64,000 bases of DNA. Origin: an uncultured Gammaproteobacteria bacterium (GTDB lineage Bacteria > Patescibacteriota > Patescibacteriia > Magasanikbacterales > JBBTXJ01). Below, in pieces: positions 1 to 8,421 of the stretch (positions are counted from its first letter, which is position 1; each line of letters begins with the position of its first letter). The notes below the pieces were generated by a model. It searched no databases and was not told where the DNA came from. It saw nothing but the letters and a program-made list of their open reading frames with translations. The DNA is taken from positions 40,522-104,521 of the forward strand of contig CAZSVL010000002.1 of assembly GCA_964610305.1 (NCBI GenBank), given 5' to 3'. The translations under genes were made by a program, and so were the position numbers.

Positions 1-1110
1 AAGCACGGGCAGTTTAGTTGGCTTCCAATGAGCCACATTACCCAGATGGATTTTTTCAAGGACATTTCTGCGAGCAATCTGCGTGGTAATCAAGGACGGA
101 TTACCCTGGTCAGGCTTGTATCGCTCGTTAATAGCGTTTGTAACAGCAGAAGGCACGCCGTGGAACGGCGAGTCTACTTGTTGCAGCAATTTCCACGCCT
201 GCTTAAAGGTTTTGAAGATAACCAGATCTGCCGGGCCAAGCTTTAGGAGCTTGTCCGCTGCTGGCTTGGAATCCTTCTCTTCCTTCTTTGGGGGAGTGGC
301 AGCTTGCTCCGCTGGGGCAGTCTGCTGCTCTTGAGGCTGCTCTTGTTCACCAAGGTAATCAGTGACAGCACGCGCGATTGCTTCATCAGTAAGAGCAACG
401 GTGGTGCCAGTATTTCTGCTAACCTGCACAATAACATCAAGCGGTTCCCAAAGTGCTTTTACTTTGGATCCATGACGTCTTACTACTTTCTTAGCAAAGA
501 GCTTTCCTGCGTACATGCTCATGCCAGAGGGAAGTGTTGCCGGGAAGGCAAGCGCGGCAAGTGCTGTAGTAATGCTGCTGGGAATGCCCGGGCCGTCAAA
601 GCCTCGCTCTTTCAGGAGAGTCCAGGCTTTCTTGTATGCTCCAAAAAGAGCAACTTGCAAGGAAGATAGTCCAATTTCTGGACGCGGCGCGGGCGGGGCG
701 GGAACAGAAGCTGTTTTTGCAGCTCCATTTGTTGCCTCTAGACCCGTGTGCTTTTTCAGCAGAGCAGCAATGGTTTGCTTGCTCAGATTTTTACTCGGTG
801 CTCCAGACACCTTGATCTTGTGCTTTACACCTTCTTTAATGGACCAGCTTTTAATACTTCCCTTGGTGCTTCTATCAATCAGTCCGTGGTTCCACAGCTC
901 CTCAATGGCAGCTTGGGCGCCAGGGATAGTTGGCTTGAACTGCTTGCACATGTCAACAAGAATTTGTGATGGAAGAGATTCAGTGGTTCCATCAATCTGC
1001 TTTGCTAGATTCCAGGCAGCCTTAGCGGCACTATAGAGTGCCTTGCGTGAAGAGCTGAGCGTTATTGAACCCGTACTGGTACTTTCAGTGTTTGCGTTTT
1101 CTGTACTCAC
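1..1110 (-). CDS. Hypothetical protein with three tandem divergent domains (possibly winged-helix-like); runs off the left edge; absent from the ORF track
   Basis: Read manually: GTG at 1110, AGGAGG at 1115-1120, no stop down to position 1. Repeated unit Lxxxxxx(L/I)(Y/F)xxxKxAWxL...(L/I/V)PSx(I/V) occurs three times, separated by Pro/Gln/Ala-rich linkers. Confidence 0.8.
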   Translation of the reverse strand, partial: MSTENANTESTSTGSITLSSSRKALYSAAKAAWNLAKQIDGTTESLPSQILVDMCKQFKPTIPGAQAAIEELWNHGLIDRSTKGSIKSWSIKEGVKHKIKVSGAPSKNLSKQTIAALLKKHTGLEATNGAAKTASVPAPPAPRPEIGLSSLQVALFGAYKKAWTLLKERGFDGPGIPSSITTALAALAFPATLPSGMSMYAGKLFAKKVVRRHGSKVKALWEPLDVIVQVSRNTGTTVALTDEAIARAVTDYLGEQEQPQEQQTAPAEQAATPPKKEEKDSKPAADKLLKLGPADLVIFKTFKQAWKLLQQVDSPFHGVPSAVTNAINERYKPDQGNPSLITTQIARRNVLEKIHLGNVAHWKPTKLPVL

Positions 1111-1134
1111 ATAGCCTCCTGTGGCCAGCATCAA

Positions 1135-1164
1135 ATTATGCTAAGTTGAGCCTTTTTTTGTCAA
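1135..1164 (-). promoter_or_regulatory. Sigma70-type promoter TTGACA-N18-CATAAT for the 1..1110 gene
   Basis: Reverse complement of 1135-1164 reads TTGACAAAAAAAGGCTCAACTTAGCATAAT. Confidence 0.6.
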
Positions 1165-1228
1165 TGAATGCGAGATTTTTTTTATCAAAAAACACGCTTT
1201 TGTATAGTAGCGCGCTTTGACTGCTCTG

Positions 1229-1705
1229 TCAAGCAGCAAGCAGTTTTTGCTGCAGGTCTTTTAATCTACTGTAAAAGCCCCTGGTGTGGATAGAATTAAG
1301 ACCTAATTTGCAATGGTCATAATGATGCATCCATTCGTGCAAGAGTGTATTGAGGAACGTTTTGGCTGCTAGAGTTTGTCCACGCACCGCCGTTTTATTG
1401 TTTATATAAATATATTTGCTACCCGGTTTGTAGTAGCCGTATTGCCTAAACACTACTCGGCCGCCACTTTTTTTATGATGTTGGTTTGCGCTAGAGATTT
1501 TTAAGTTCACAATGTCAATGCGAGCCATATCTGCCAGCTCATCAAGAAGCTCATCTCCTAAAAACTGCCTTTTTTCTGTGCTACGAGCTTCCATAAGTTG
1601 CGCGCATAAGTTTCTTGATCTTTTTGATATATGAAAGTCTACGGTGAGGACCGCATTGCTTTTTTCGTAGTTATTTTTAGGCCTTGAAAAGATTGCCATC
1701 ATCAT
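1229..1705 (-). CDS. SprT-like zinc metalloprotease-domain protein (HExxH)
   Basis: Motif TLLHEWMHHYDH...H.RGFY. Start is likely one of the three ATGs at 1705/1702/1699; the track's upstream extension lies in a heptamer repeat. Confidence 0.7.
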   Translation of the reverse strand: MMMAIFSRPKNNYEKSNAVLTVDFHISKRSRNLCAQLMEARSTEKRQFLGDELLDELADMARIDIVNLKISSANQHHKKSGGRVVFRQYGYYKPGSKYIYINNKTAVRGQTLAAKTFLNTLLHEWMHHYDHCKLGLNSIHTRGFYSRLKDLQQKLLAA

Positions 1706-1806
1706 GCAGCATACAACATACAACATGCAACATACAATATAGCCATATCAAAATTGGCATGTGGTTGTATTATCTGTATTATTTGATGTATGTTGTATGA
1801 TGAATG
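1703..1806. repeat. Inverted heptamer tandem-repeat element (CATACAA)n ... (TTGTATG)n
   Basis: catgcag catacaa catacaa catgcaa catacaa, then atgtatg ttgtatg atgaatg, between divergent genes. Confidence 0.7.
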
Positions 1807-1828
1807 TCTGTTGTAGAGGGAGGATATC

Positions 1829-2452
1829 ATGAATGTACGGGGATTGCGACCGCAAAGATGTGTGTATATGCTTTTTTCTGGCGATCAGGCACAGGTAGTG
1901 CCGTTTTTGACAGAAGATTCTTATGCAAAGAGCGTTTTTAGGCAGCCCGGCTGGGTGGCAGAGCTTGGTTTAACATCTTGCGGACACTACGTGAGGCTGT
2001 TTGGGAGTTTTGGAGGGCTTTTGTGTGCAGAGATGCTTGTTGGTGGGCCGCTAAAGTCAAAGATTATAGCAGCGGATAGTTGCGCTATGGCGGAATTTGA
2101 TAAGTTCCGCGCCGTCCAACTGGTTGCGCGTGATGAGTCATTTAACGTCGGCGAGCATCGGGTGGATGCAGACTTTGAGCTTTCCATTTTGAAAAGAATG
2201 AAGTTCTCGCCGTTAGAAGGCGTAAAGGTGACATCTGAAGGTGGCACGCTAGAGCTGGGCGGTTTGTGGGGTCGCTCTAAACTATCCGTGCAGGCAATAG
2301 AGGGCGGCATTGAGATTCAGAGCGTGCACGAATTTGCGCAAGAAGTAGAAGGAAAAGTGCGCAAGGTGATTCCGCTAACCACCAAAAGCAGATTTTTAAG
2401 TCAGCAGCTTAATACAGATACGGCGTTTGAGCAGTTAGCTCTAGTAGGATAA
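1829..2452 (+). CDS. Hypothetical protein
   Basis: 207-aa ORF with GGAGG six nt before the ATG; followed by a terminator. Confidence 0.7.
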   Translation: MNVRGLRPQRCVYMLFSGDQAQVVPFLTEDSYAKSVFRQPGWVAELGLTSCGHYVRLFGSFGGLLCAEMLVGGPLKSKIIAADSCAMAEFDKFRAVQLVARDESFNVGEHRVDADFELSILKRMKFSPLEGVKVTSEGGTLELGGLWGRSKLSVQAIEGGIEIQSVHEFAQEVEGKVRKVIPLTTKSRFLSQQLNTDTAFEQLALVG

Positions 2453-2480
2453 AAAAAGGGACCCACGTGGGTCCTGTTTT
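2453..2480. terminator. Bidirectional intrinsic terminator
   Basis: A-tract, GGACCCA-CG-TGGGTCC, then T-tract, between convergent genes. Confidence 0.7.
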
Positions 2481-2497
2481 ATTATGCACAGGGTTGT

Positions 2498-2830
2498 CTA
2501 GCGCTTAAACGTTATAGCGTTGGTGATCCTTTGCTTGATCGTTGCTTTTGGCCACTTGTTCATGGGGTCATAGAGGCCCACATAGAGGGCTGCGATTAGT
2601 ACAACTACGGGAGTTCCAATGAAGAGTCATGTAGTGCTAAGGATTTGCTCTACATCTTTTTTTAGATTCTCGTGGAGTGTTGCTTGTAGGTTGAGCGGCT
2701 GGAGATCTTCTGTGGTCGTCTTCTCGCGTGGAGCCCGGAGTCCAGAAAAACGTGCTCGCGCTTTTTTTGTTTGCCTTTGTATATTGTCCAGTACGGAACA
2801 CTCTATATAAGTGTCTGATGGTAGGCGCAT
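2498..2830 (-). pseudogene. Small membrane-protein gene interrupted by an in-frame TGA (2627-2629)
   Basis: The frame continues after the TGA as LFIGTPVVVLIAALYVGLYDPMNKW...KR to TAG at 2498. GGAG-type SD upstream of ATG 2830. Confidence 0.5.
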
Positions 2831-3038
2831 CTAGTCTCTCTCCGATGGTTGAGGTTGATTCACTTACGGAGGTAGTATAGGGCAGAATGTTGTTATTGCA
2901 TACACTTGTTCGTCCTTGTCACGGGTTGTTGGTGATGGCCTTGGTGGGAATATCGCTTCGCGATACTGTCTTCGCTTGTTCAGGAAAAGGCAAGCAAGCT
3001 TTCCTTTTCCACTCTCTCCGCTCAGCCGGCGAACCCTT

Positions 3039-3072
3039 TGGGTTCGTAATCCCACCACTCTGCCAACAAAAA
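3039..3072 (+). repeat. Inverted imperfect copy of the tmRNA 3' end (T-arm and acceptor strand)
   Basis: tgggttcgtaatcccaccactctgccaacaaaaa versus the reverse complement of 3091-3124, tgggttcgattcccaccatctccaccaacaaaaa. Confidence 0.75.
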
Positions 3073-3095
3073 TACTGCCGTTAGGCAGTTTTTTT
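3068..3095 (-). terminator. Intrinsic terminator after tmRNA
   Basis: ACTGCC-GTTA-GGCAGT stem flanked by A- and T-tracts. Confidence 0.7.
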
Positions 3096-3097
3096 GT

Positions 3098-3498
3098 TGG
3101 TGGAGATGGTGGGAATCGAACCCACGTCTGGATACGGTCCGCTATCCATGGTTGTCACACGTTTAGCTTGTTGTGTTTTTAACCGCAGGGTAGAAACAAG
3201 CAAAATAATCTGCGGCGATTCCTTCTGCGTTTCGGTGGGGTGGTGAGGAAACCCAGCGCACCTACTCTCGGAGTTATTGCACCGCCGGCCCGCTACCGAG
3301 TGTTGCGGAGGCGATGGTTGTTGCTCTATTTAGGCTACAACGGTTGCTAGCTGTGGTACTGCAAAAAGATTTTTTACAGCGGCCTTAGCTCGCGTAACTA
3401 CATTTGCAAGTAGTATAGTGAATGAATTTATTTAACTCTGCTCATTCTCAGAGCACGTGCCACGGAGCGCTTTGCGCCCATCGAAGCCGATCATCCCC
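3098..3498 (-). ncRNA. ssrA: tmRNA (transfer-messenger RNA)
   Basis: 5' GGGGAUG pairs with CAUCUCC-A-CCA 3', including the G3.U alanine identity pair. T-loop GGUUCGAUUCC. Internal tag ORF ANVVTRAKAAVKNLFAVPQLATVVA* (3407-3330). Directly downstream of smpB. Confidence 0.95.
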
Positions 3499-3499
3499 A

Positions 3500-3943
3500 T
3501 TAGTTTCCTTTTAGAAGCCGTCTAGCCTCTCTGTCGGTGTCTCTTTTCTTTATGCTCTCACGTTTATCGTGAAGCTTCTTTCCCTTTGCTAGACCCAGTT
3601 GAATCTTAATAAGATTCCCCTTTATATAAACAGAAATTGGCACAATTGTCAAGCCCTGTTCATTCACTTTTCCTCTTAAATGTTCCACTTCTCTTTTGTG
3701 CAGGAGCAGTGGTCTTGTGCGCTCTGGATCATAAGATTTGTCTGCCGCAGGCGCGTAGGCATTAACATACATATTAAGAAGCACGGGCCCCTCTTGTGTG
3801 AAGGCGGCGTGCGCTCCTTTAAGTGAAACATTGCCCGCTTTTATAGATTTAACTTCTGCTCCGGTGAGGGCTATACCCGCTTCAATTACCTGCAGAATTT
3901 CGTAATCATGACGTGCCCGTTTGTTTGTTGCAAGATTTTTCAT
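3500..3943 (-). CDS. smpB: SsrA-binding protein SmpB
   Basis: NKRARHDYEI..EAGIAL.G.EVKSIK, R.LLLHKREV and GKKLHDKRE motifs. True start is ATG 3943 (MKNLATNK). Confidence 0.97.
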   Translation of the reverse strand: MKNLATNKRARHDYEILQVIEAGIALTGAEVKSIKAGNVSLKGAHAAFTQEGPVLLNMYVNAYAPAADKSYDPERTRPLLLHKREVEHLRGKVNEQGLTIVPISVYIKGNLIKIQLGLAKGKKLHDKRESIKKRDTDREARRLLKGN

Positions 3944-3956
3944 TATACTTATAGCA

Positions 3957-4982
3957 ATGAAACCGCATTTAATAACTATTAGCACCAAAACCATTCTTAA
4001 GATCGTGGTGACGGTGCTCTTGTTGTGGCTTCTCTATATTATACGCGATATTGTATTACTTTTTTTTGTCGCGGTGATTTTGGCTTCTTTGATAGAACCG
4101 TGGGCAGCGTGGTGGGAGCATCGGAAGGTTCCGCGGTCGCTTTCCATCTTGGCCATCTATGTTGTTTTAGTGGGAATTGCAGCTGCTGTGGTGGTTTTGC
4201 TCTTGCCGCCTATTGTACGCGAGGGTCAGGGGCTCGTCAAAAATTTAAATACGTATTGGGAGGCAACGGCCGGATCAATTGGGGATCTTCAGCACTTTAG
4301 CACTGATTTTAATATCTTAGAGAGGGCAAAAGGTCTGCTTTTGCCAAGCTCTGGCGCGGTAGGGAAAACACTGGGCGGCATTGTTGCCACGGTGAGTGGT
4401 GTTTTTGGCGGCGTATTTTCATTGCTTCTTGTGTTGGTGCTGGCATTTTATTTGGTAGTAGAAGAGGAGAGTGCTGGCCGATGGATACGGGCTTTTGCTC
4501 CAGATCACTATCAGCCTTTTTTAACGCGGCTTTTCAAAAAAATGCAGCGTAAGCTGGGAAGTTGGCTGAGGGCTCAGCTTATCTTAAGCTTAATCGTGGG
4601 AGTCTTTACCTACGTTGGCCTTACTATTTTAGGAGTTGAGTACGCCTTAGTGCTTGCCCTTATTGCCGCGGTGCTAGAGTTAGTGCCGTACGTTGGGCCG
4701 GTGCTCTCGGCGGTTCCGGCATTATTTTTGGCGTTTACTCAAACAGGAGGCTGGACATTGCCTCTTGCCGTGCTTGCGCTTTTTGTGGTTATTCAGCAAT
4801 TAGAAAATGATCTTTTGGTGCCGCGCGTAATGCAAAAGGCTGTGGGGCTCAATCCGGTGGTGAGTATTATGGCTATTTTAATTGGAGCTCGTCTTGCTGG
4901 TATTGTAGGAGCACTTTTGGCTATTCCTGTGGCCACCGTCATCTACGTATTTACTGAGCAGATGAGATCTGAGCGGGCATAA
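3957..4982 (+). CDS. AI-2E family (PerM-like) membrane protein
   Basis: Multiple TM segments; ELVPYVGP and QQLENDLLVPRVM...VGLNP...G.LLAIP motifs. Confidence 0.9.
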   Translation: MKPHLITISTKTILKIVVTVLLLWLLYIIRDIVLLFFVAVILASLIEPWAAWWEHRKVPRSLSILAIYVVLVGIAAAVVVLLLPPIVREGQGLVKNLNTYWEATAGSIGDLQHFSTDFNILERAKGLLLPSSGAVGKTLGGIVATVSGVFGGVFSLLLVLVLAFYLVVEEESAGRWIRAFAPDHYQPFLTRLFKKMQRKLGSWLRAQLILSLIVGVFTYVGLTILGVEYALVLALIAAVLELVPYVGPVLSAVPALFLAFTQTGGWTLPLAVLALFVVIQQLENDLLVPRVMQKAVGLNPVVSIMAILIGARLAGIVGALLAIPVATVIYVFTEQMRSERA

Positions 4983-4984
4983 TT

Positions 4985-5494
4985 ATGAGACGCTACAAGC
5001 GGTTTGATGACGGTAAGGAGCGCACCCCAGTGCTTTTTTTTGTTGGTGCTTTTGCTCTTTTAACCGCTACACTTGCGCTAGTTTTTATAAAATTTAACTC
5101 AAGCCAGCCAAAAGAGCAGCCAGTGGTTGCGCGCCAGATTAAGATTGATCCGGTTTTAAAACCACTTACTCCCGCTCCTGCCGCGGCGCAATACGATAAA
5201 AAAATTAATGAGATAGTAACGGTACTCACAGAGGAGTTAAAAAAAATTTGGGGAACAAGAGAAGATCAGCAGTGGGAGCAACGGGTCAGAGAGAAAAGTA
5301 GCTCAGTAGAAGCTATAAGTTTTATTGAGGGTACAGAAAAAGAAGTTTTGGCGCAAAGAGTTCCCGCATTAAGAAAAGAAGCTCACTTAACACTTGTTGT
5401 GCAGCTCTCCTCGTTGCGCCAAGGCCTGCAAAAAGGTCAGATTGACACGGTAGAAGAAAATTTGGTTAAAATAGAACACACCTTAGAATTATGA
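4985..5494 (+). CDS. Hypothetical single-TM protein
   Basis: 169-aa ORF in an operon; N-terminal TM followed by a helical domain. Confidence 0.7.
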   Translation: MRRYKRFDDGKERTPVLFFVGAFALLTATLALVFIKFNSSQPKEQPVVARQIKIDPVLKPLTPAPAAAQYDKKINEIVTVLTEELKKIWGTREDQQWEQRVREKSSSVEAISFIEGTEKEVLAQRVPALRKEAHLTLVVQLSSLRQGLQKGQIDTVEENLVKIEHTLEL

Positions 5495-6252
5495 GAGTAG
5501 AGCCCAAAGTAGTGATATTAAGTGCGCTAGCCGGCTTGTGCTTTATTTTGTTATCTGTAAGTAATGGCTGGTTTGGCACGCTTGTGTGGTCCTTGGTACT
5601 TCTTGCGGCGGGCTTTTTTGCGGCATATTGGGCTCCAGAACTAGAGCACAAACATGCCAACAGAGCCATGATAACTATCCCGATACTCTTTTTCCTTCTT
5701 GGTGGCGTATTACTTTTTGTTCTGGTTGAGCAGACGCTTGCCAGGAGACTAACAGCACTGCTTACAACGTTTGGTTTCTTTGTTGCGCTTACTGCTATTT
5801 ATGATAAACAGCTACCAGCGCAGCTTCATATAAGAAGACTTATTCCTACCATGAGAATGGCTTTATATGGAGGTCTTTATGCCCTTTTTTCTGCTGGTTT
5901 TGGCATTATGATATTTCTTAAGCTGCCTGTTTGGTTTTTTGCGCCTGTATTGTCCGCCCTGTGTGGTCTTGCGGTCTGGAGCTTGCTTATAATTGCCGAT
6001 TGTAGCAAACAAAGACTGCTTCCTTCTGTCTATGTTATATCGGTCTTGACATTTGAGCTGTTTTGGGTTATAACATTCCTGCCCCTGGCATATCCGGTTG
6101 CCGGATTTGTGTTGAGCAGTGCCGTTTATATTGCGGTGCAAGCCATAGCTCAGCACGGCGCAGGGGAAAGACTTAAAAAACGTGCGCGCTCCAGAATGAT
6201 AAGCGCAAGCCTAGCAACGGCTTTTGTTCTTGCAATAGCCCGTTGGATATAA
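5491..6252 (+). CDS. Multi-pass membrane protein (CPR DUF5656-like)
   Basis: About 8-9 hydrophobic segments; FELFWVITFLP motif; ATGA overlap with the previous gene. Confidence 0.7.
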   Translation: MRVEPKVVILSALAGLCFILLSVSNGWFGTLVWSLVLLAAGFFAAYWAPELEHKHANRAMITIPILFFLLGGVLLFVLVEQTLARRLTALLTTFGFFVALTAIYDKQLPAQLHIRRLIPTMRMALYGGLYALFSAGFGIMIFLKLPVWFFAPVLSALCGLAVWSLLIIADCSKQRLLPSVYVISVLTFELFWVITFLPLAYPVAGFVLSSAVYIAVQAIAQHGAGERLKKRARSRMISASLATAFVLAIARWI

Positions 6253-6254
6253 CT

Positions 6255-7358
6255 ATGAGTGCACCTCATTTGCCTCCAAAACAACCAAAAAGAAAATCAA
6301 ACATAGCGGGCTCTGTGCCCGCGCTTTTACTTTTGGTTTTTACGGGCCTTTTAGCCGGCGCTACAGCAGCTCTTATGGTGCTCTCTTATTATCCTGATAT
6401 TGTGGGATTCCGTTTTCCCTATGAGATTAATCAGCCGCAATTAAAAAGCACCCTTAAAACACCAAGTGATGCTGGCGTGCAGGCTCGCGTAACGCAGCAG
6501 TCTATCTTAAATATTTTTTCTGCCAGTGCGCGCGTTAGCCGTGGTGGTGTTTCTTGGTTACCAAAACAAAAAGCTTTGGGTCAAGCAGTGTTGCTTACGG
6601 AAGATGGGTGGGCTCTGAGCAGCGCAGCGGTTGGTTTGCGCAGTATTGATGTGATTGCAACAGACGATCAAGGAAGTGTGTATCCGGTAGAGAAAACCGT
6701 AGTAGATGCCCAAAGCGGTTTTGCTTTTATAAAAATTGATGTTGGAGGAATGAGTGCTGTTCCTCTCTCAACAAAAAATAACTTTTTTCCTGCTGACAAT
6801 GTTTTCTCTATCACCGATGGCGTCTTTTTCTCTCACACTCTTTTACCCAGTGTTTACGATTCAAACAGACCTCTGCGATCAGACAGCATAACAAGATTTC
6901 CGGCTTTGGGTGGTGCCGACTATCTGCCTGAAGGTGCGCCACTTTTTGCTCTTGACGGGTCTTTGGCTGGAGTAGTAAATACCAAAGCAGCTCAGGTTTC
7001 TATGGTGCCTATTTCCGCCGTGCGATCAGTGGTAAAAGATGTCATAGCGGGCGATGGTCTAGCAGACGCGCAAGCGTATATTTCCTACATTTCAATGCCC
7101 GATGTTGTTCCAGCGCAGTTAAGCGCACAGTCTCCGCGAGCAGGCGCCTACGTAGTGGGCGTTGGAAGGACATCTACGGCAGTGCCATTACCAGCGCTGA
7201 GAGTTTCTGATATAATAGTGGCAGTTAATGACGAGCCGGTGACCGGTAGAGCTGATTTAGCGCTGCTACTCTCTCGCATGAGACCGGCACAAGAGGTGCT
7301 TTTGTCTGTTTTTAGAGACGGGCAATATATACGCATCCCCATTATTGTCTCTGCATAA
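6255..7358 (+). CDS. HtrA-like trypsin-fold plus PDZ membrane protein, catalytic residues apparently lost
   Basis: GQAVLLTEDGWALSSAAV (no His at the TNxHV position) and LPEGAPLF (replacing GNSGGPL); C-terminal PDZ (SDIIVAVNDEPV). Confidence 0.75.
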   Translation: MSAPHLPPKQPKRKSNIAGSVPALLLLVFTGLLAGATAALMVLSYYPDIVGFRFPYEINQPQLKSTLKTPSDAGVQARVTQQSILNIFSASARVSRGGVSWLPKQKALGQAVLLTEDGWALSSAAVGLRSIDVIATDDQGSVYPVEKTVVDAQSGFAFIKIDVGGMSAVPLSTKNNFFPADNVFSITDGVFFSHTLLPSVYDSNRPLRSDSITRFPALGGADYLPEGAPLFALDGSLAGVVNTKAAQVSMVPISAVRSVVKDVIAGDGLADAQAYISYISMPDVVPAQLSAQSPRAGAYVVGVGRTSTAVPLPALRVSDIIVAVNDEPVTGRADLALLLSRMRPAQEVLLSVFRDGQYIRIPIIVSA

Positions 7359-7359
7359 T

Positions 7360-8010
7360 ATGATTCACTACGCAATGCACCTGGCGCGCAGTTGGCGAGC
7401 CATGGTGTTGGTGGGATTGCTAATCGCGGTTATCGCCGGCGGTCTTTCTATGGTATCTGAACTGCAGTATCGCGCTCAGACTCAGGTGTTTGTGCTACCT
7501 ACGGCAACAGCTGGCAGTGATCCTTTTACGCTCGTAAAAACCGCTGAGAGAATCGGCGATAATTTGTCTCATGTGGTAAACACCAGTTCTTTTTTTGAGC
7601 GTGTTATAGAGAGAACTAATGGAACGTTTTCTAAATCTGATTTTGGAAAAAATGATAGAGTAGCGCGCAAAGTATGGAGCAGGTCTATTTCTGTAACTCC
7701 GGTTGTGGGTACCGGCTTTGTGCAAGTTGCGGCTTTTGATGGGAACAAACGTAATGCTGCAATACTGGCTAGTGCTGTGGCTGGTGTTCTGGCAGAGCGA
7801 GGTGGAGAGTTTGTTCCGGGAGATGTCACTATTAAGGAGGTAGACGCGGTGGTGCTGTCGCGTTTTCCGGTTCGCCCCAACGTACCGCTGAACATGATTT
7901 TTGGCTTTTTAATTGGTGTTTTGGGCGTTTCTCTGGTTGAATTGTTTAGAAATCCACGTCATTCTCACGCAAGAGAGCTGACAGCGGTGGATTGGGTGAA
8001 GCATTTGTGA
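7360..8010 (+). CDS. Wzz/CapA-like polysaccharide co-polymerase
   Basis: Two TM segments, Y.AQTQVFV, and C-terminal PVRPN..LN...GFLIG motif. Confidence 0.8.
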   Translation: MIHYAMHLARSWRAMVLVGLLIAVIAGGLSMVSELQYRAQTQVFVLPTATAGSDPFTLVKTAERIGDNLSHVVNTSSFFERVIERTNGTFSKSDFGKNDRVARKVWSRSISVTPVVGTGFVQVAAFDGNKRNAAILASAVAGVLAERGGEFVPGDVTIKEVDAVVLSRFPVRPNVPLNMIFGFLIGVLGVSLVELFRNPRHSHARELTAVDWVKHL

Positions 8011-8013
8011 TTT

Positions 8014-8121
8014 AGTAACTCGTAACTCGTAACTAGTAATTAGTAACTGGTCATAATTGGCTAATTTTAGCCATTTTTTTATATTTTTCTTTCTAGTTAC
8101 CAGTTACCAGTTACAAGTTAC
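8014..8121. repeat. Inverted heptamer tandem-repeat element (GTAACTC/A)n ... (AGTTACC/A)n with inner palindrome
   Basis: gtaactc gtaactc gtaacta gtaatta gtaactg ... tggctaattttagcca ... agttacc agttacc agttaca agttac. Confidence 0.85.
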
Positions 8122-8131
8122 AAAAAACAAC

Positions 8132-8160
8132 TTGACATTTTGGCCAAAATGTGCTATTAT
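8132..8160 (+). promoter_or_regulatory. Near-consensus sigma70 promoter TTGACA-N17-TATTAT (with extended TG)
   Basis: ttgaca ttttggccaaaatgtgc tattat. Confidence 0.75.
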
Positions 8161-8421
8161 ATGTAGCTACAAAACGTCTAATGCAGAACAAGTAAGATAT
8201 AGTTGCTGCGGAGAAAAAGGCAGTTTTGGAGTAGTATTGCTAGGAGGAAACGTATAGAGCAAGACAAGTAAGAAATAGTTGTTGCGATAGATACGAGAGA
8301 AACTAAGCAATATCGGTAGTTTTCTGCGCGCTACCTGTTTGGCAAGGTGTTGCCCAAACAGGTGGAAGCGCAGAGGTGCTCGCCATAACAATGTCCATAA
8401 AGCGCAGGAAGGAGAAAAACC

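Noticed and set aside
28-1036. Plus-strand ORFs listed in the track
   Set aside because: They are antisense to the uninterrupted minus-strand gene 1..1110, which has an SD and a promoter.
2627-2629. Genetic code 25 or 4 (TGA recoded)
   Set aside because: Many well-defined genes end at TGA (for example 8010, 32038, 36703, 38735), and long genes have no internal TGA.
3039-3072. tRNA gene on the + strand
   Set aside because: Only a degenerate T-arm and acceptor 3' half are present; no matching 5' half, D-arm or anticodon arm is visible.
8014-8286. CRISPR array from the short repeats
   Set aside because: The heptamers have no spacers, the 23-bp direct repeat has only two imperfect copies, and there are no cas genes in the window.
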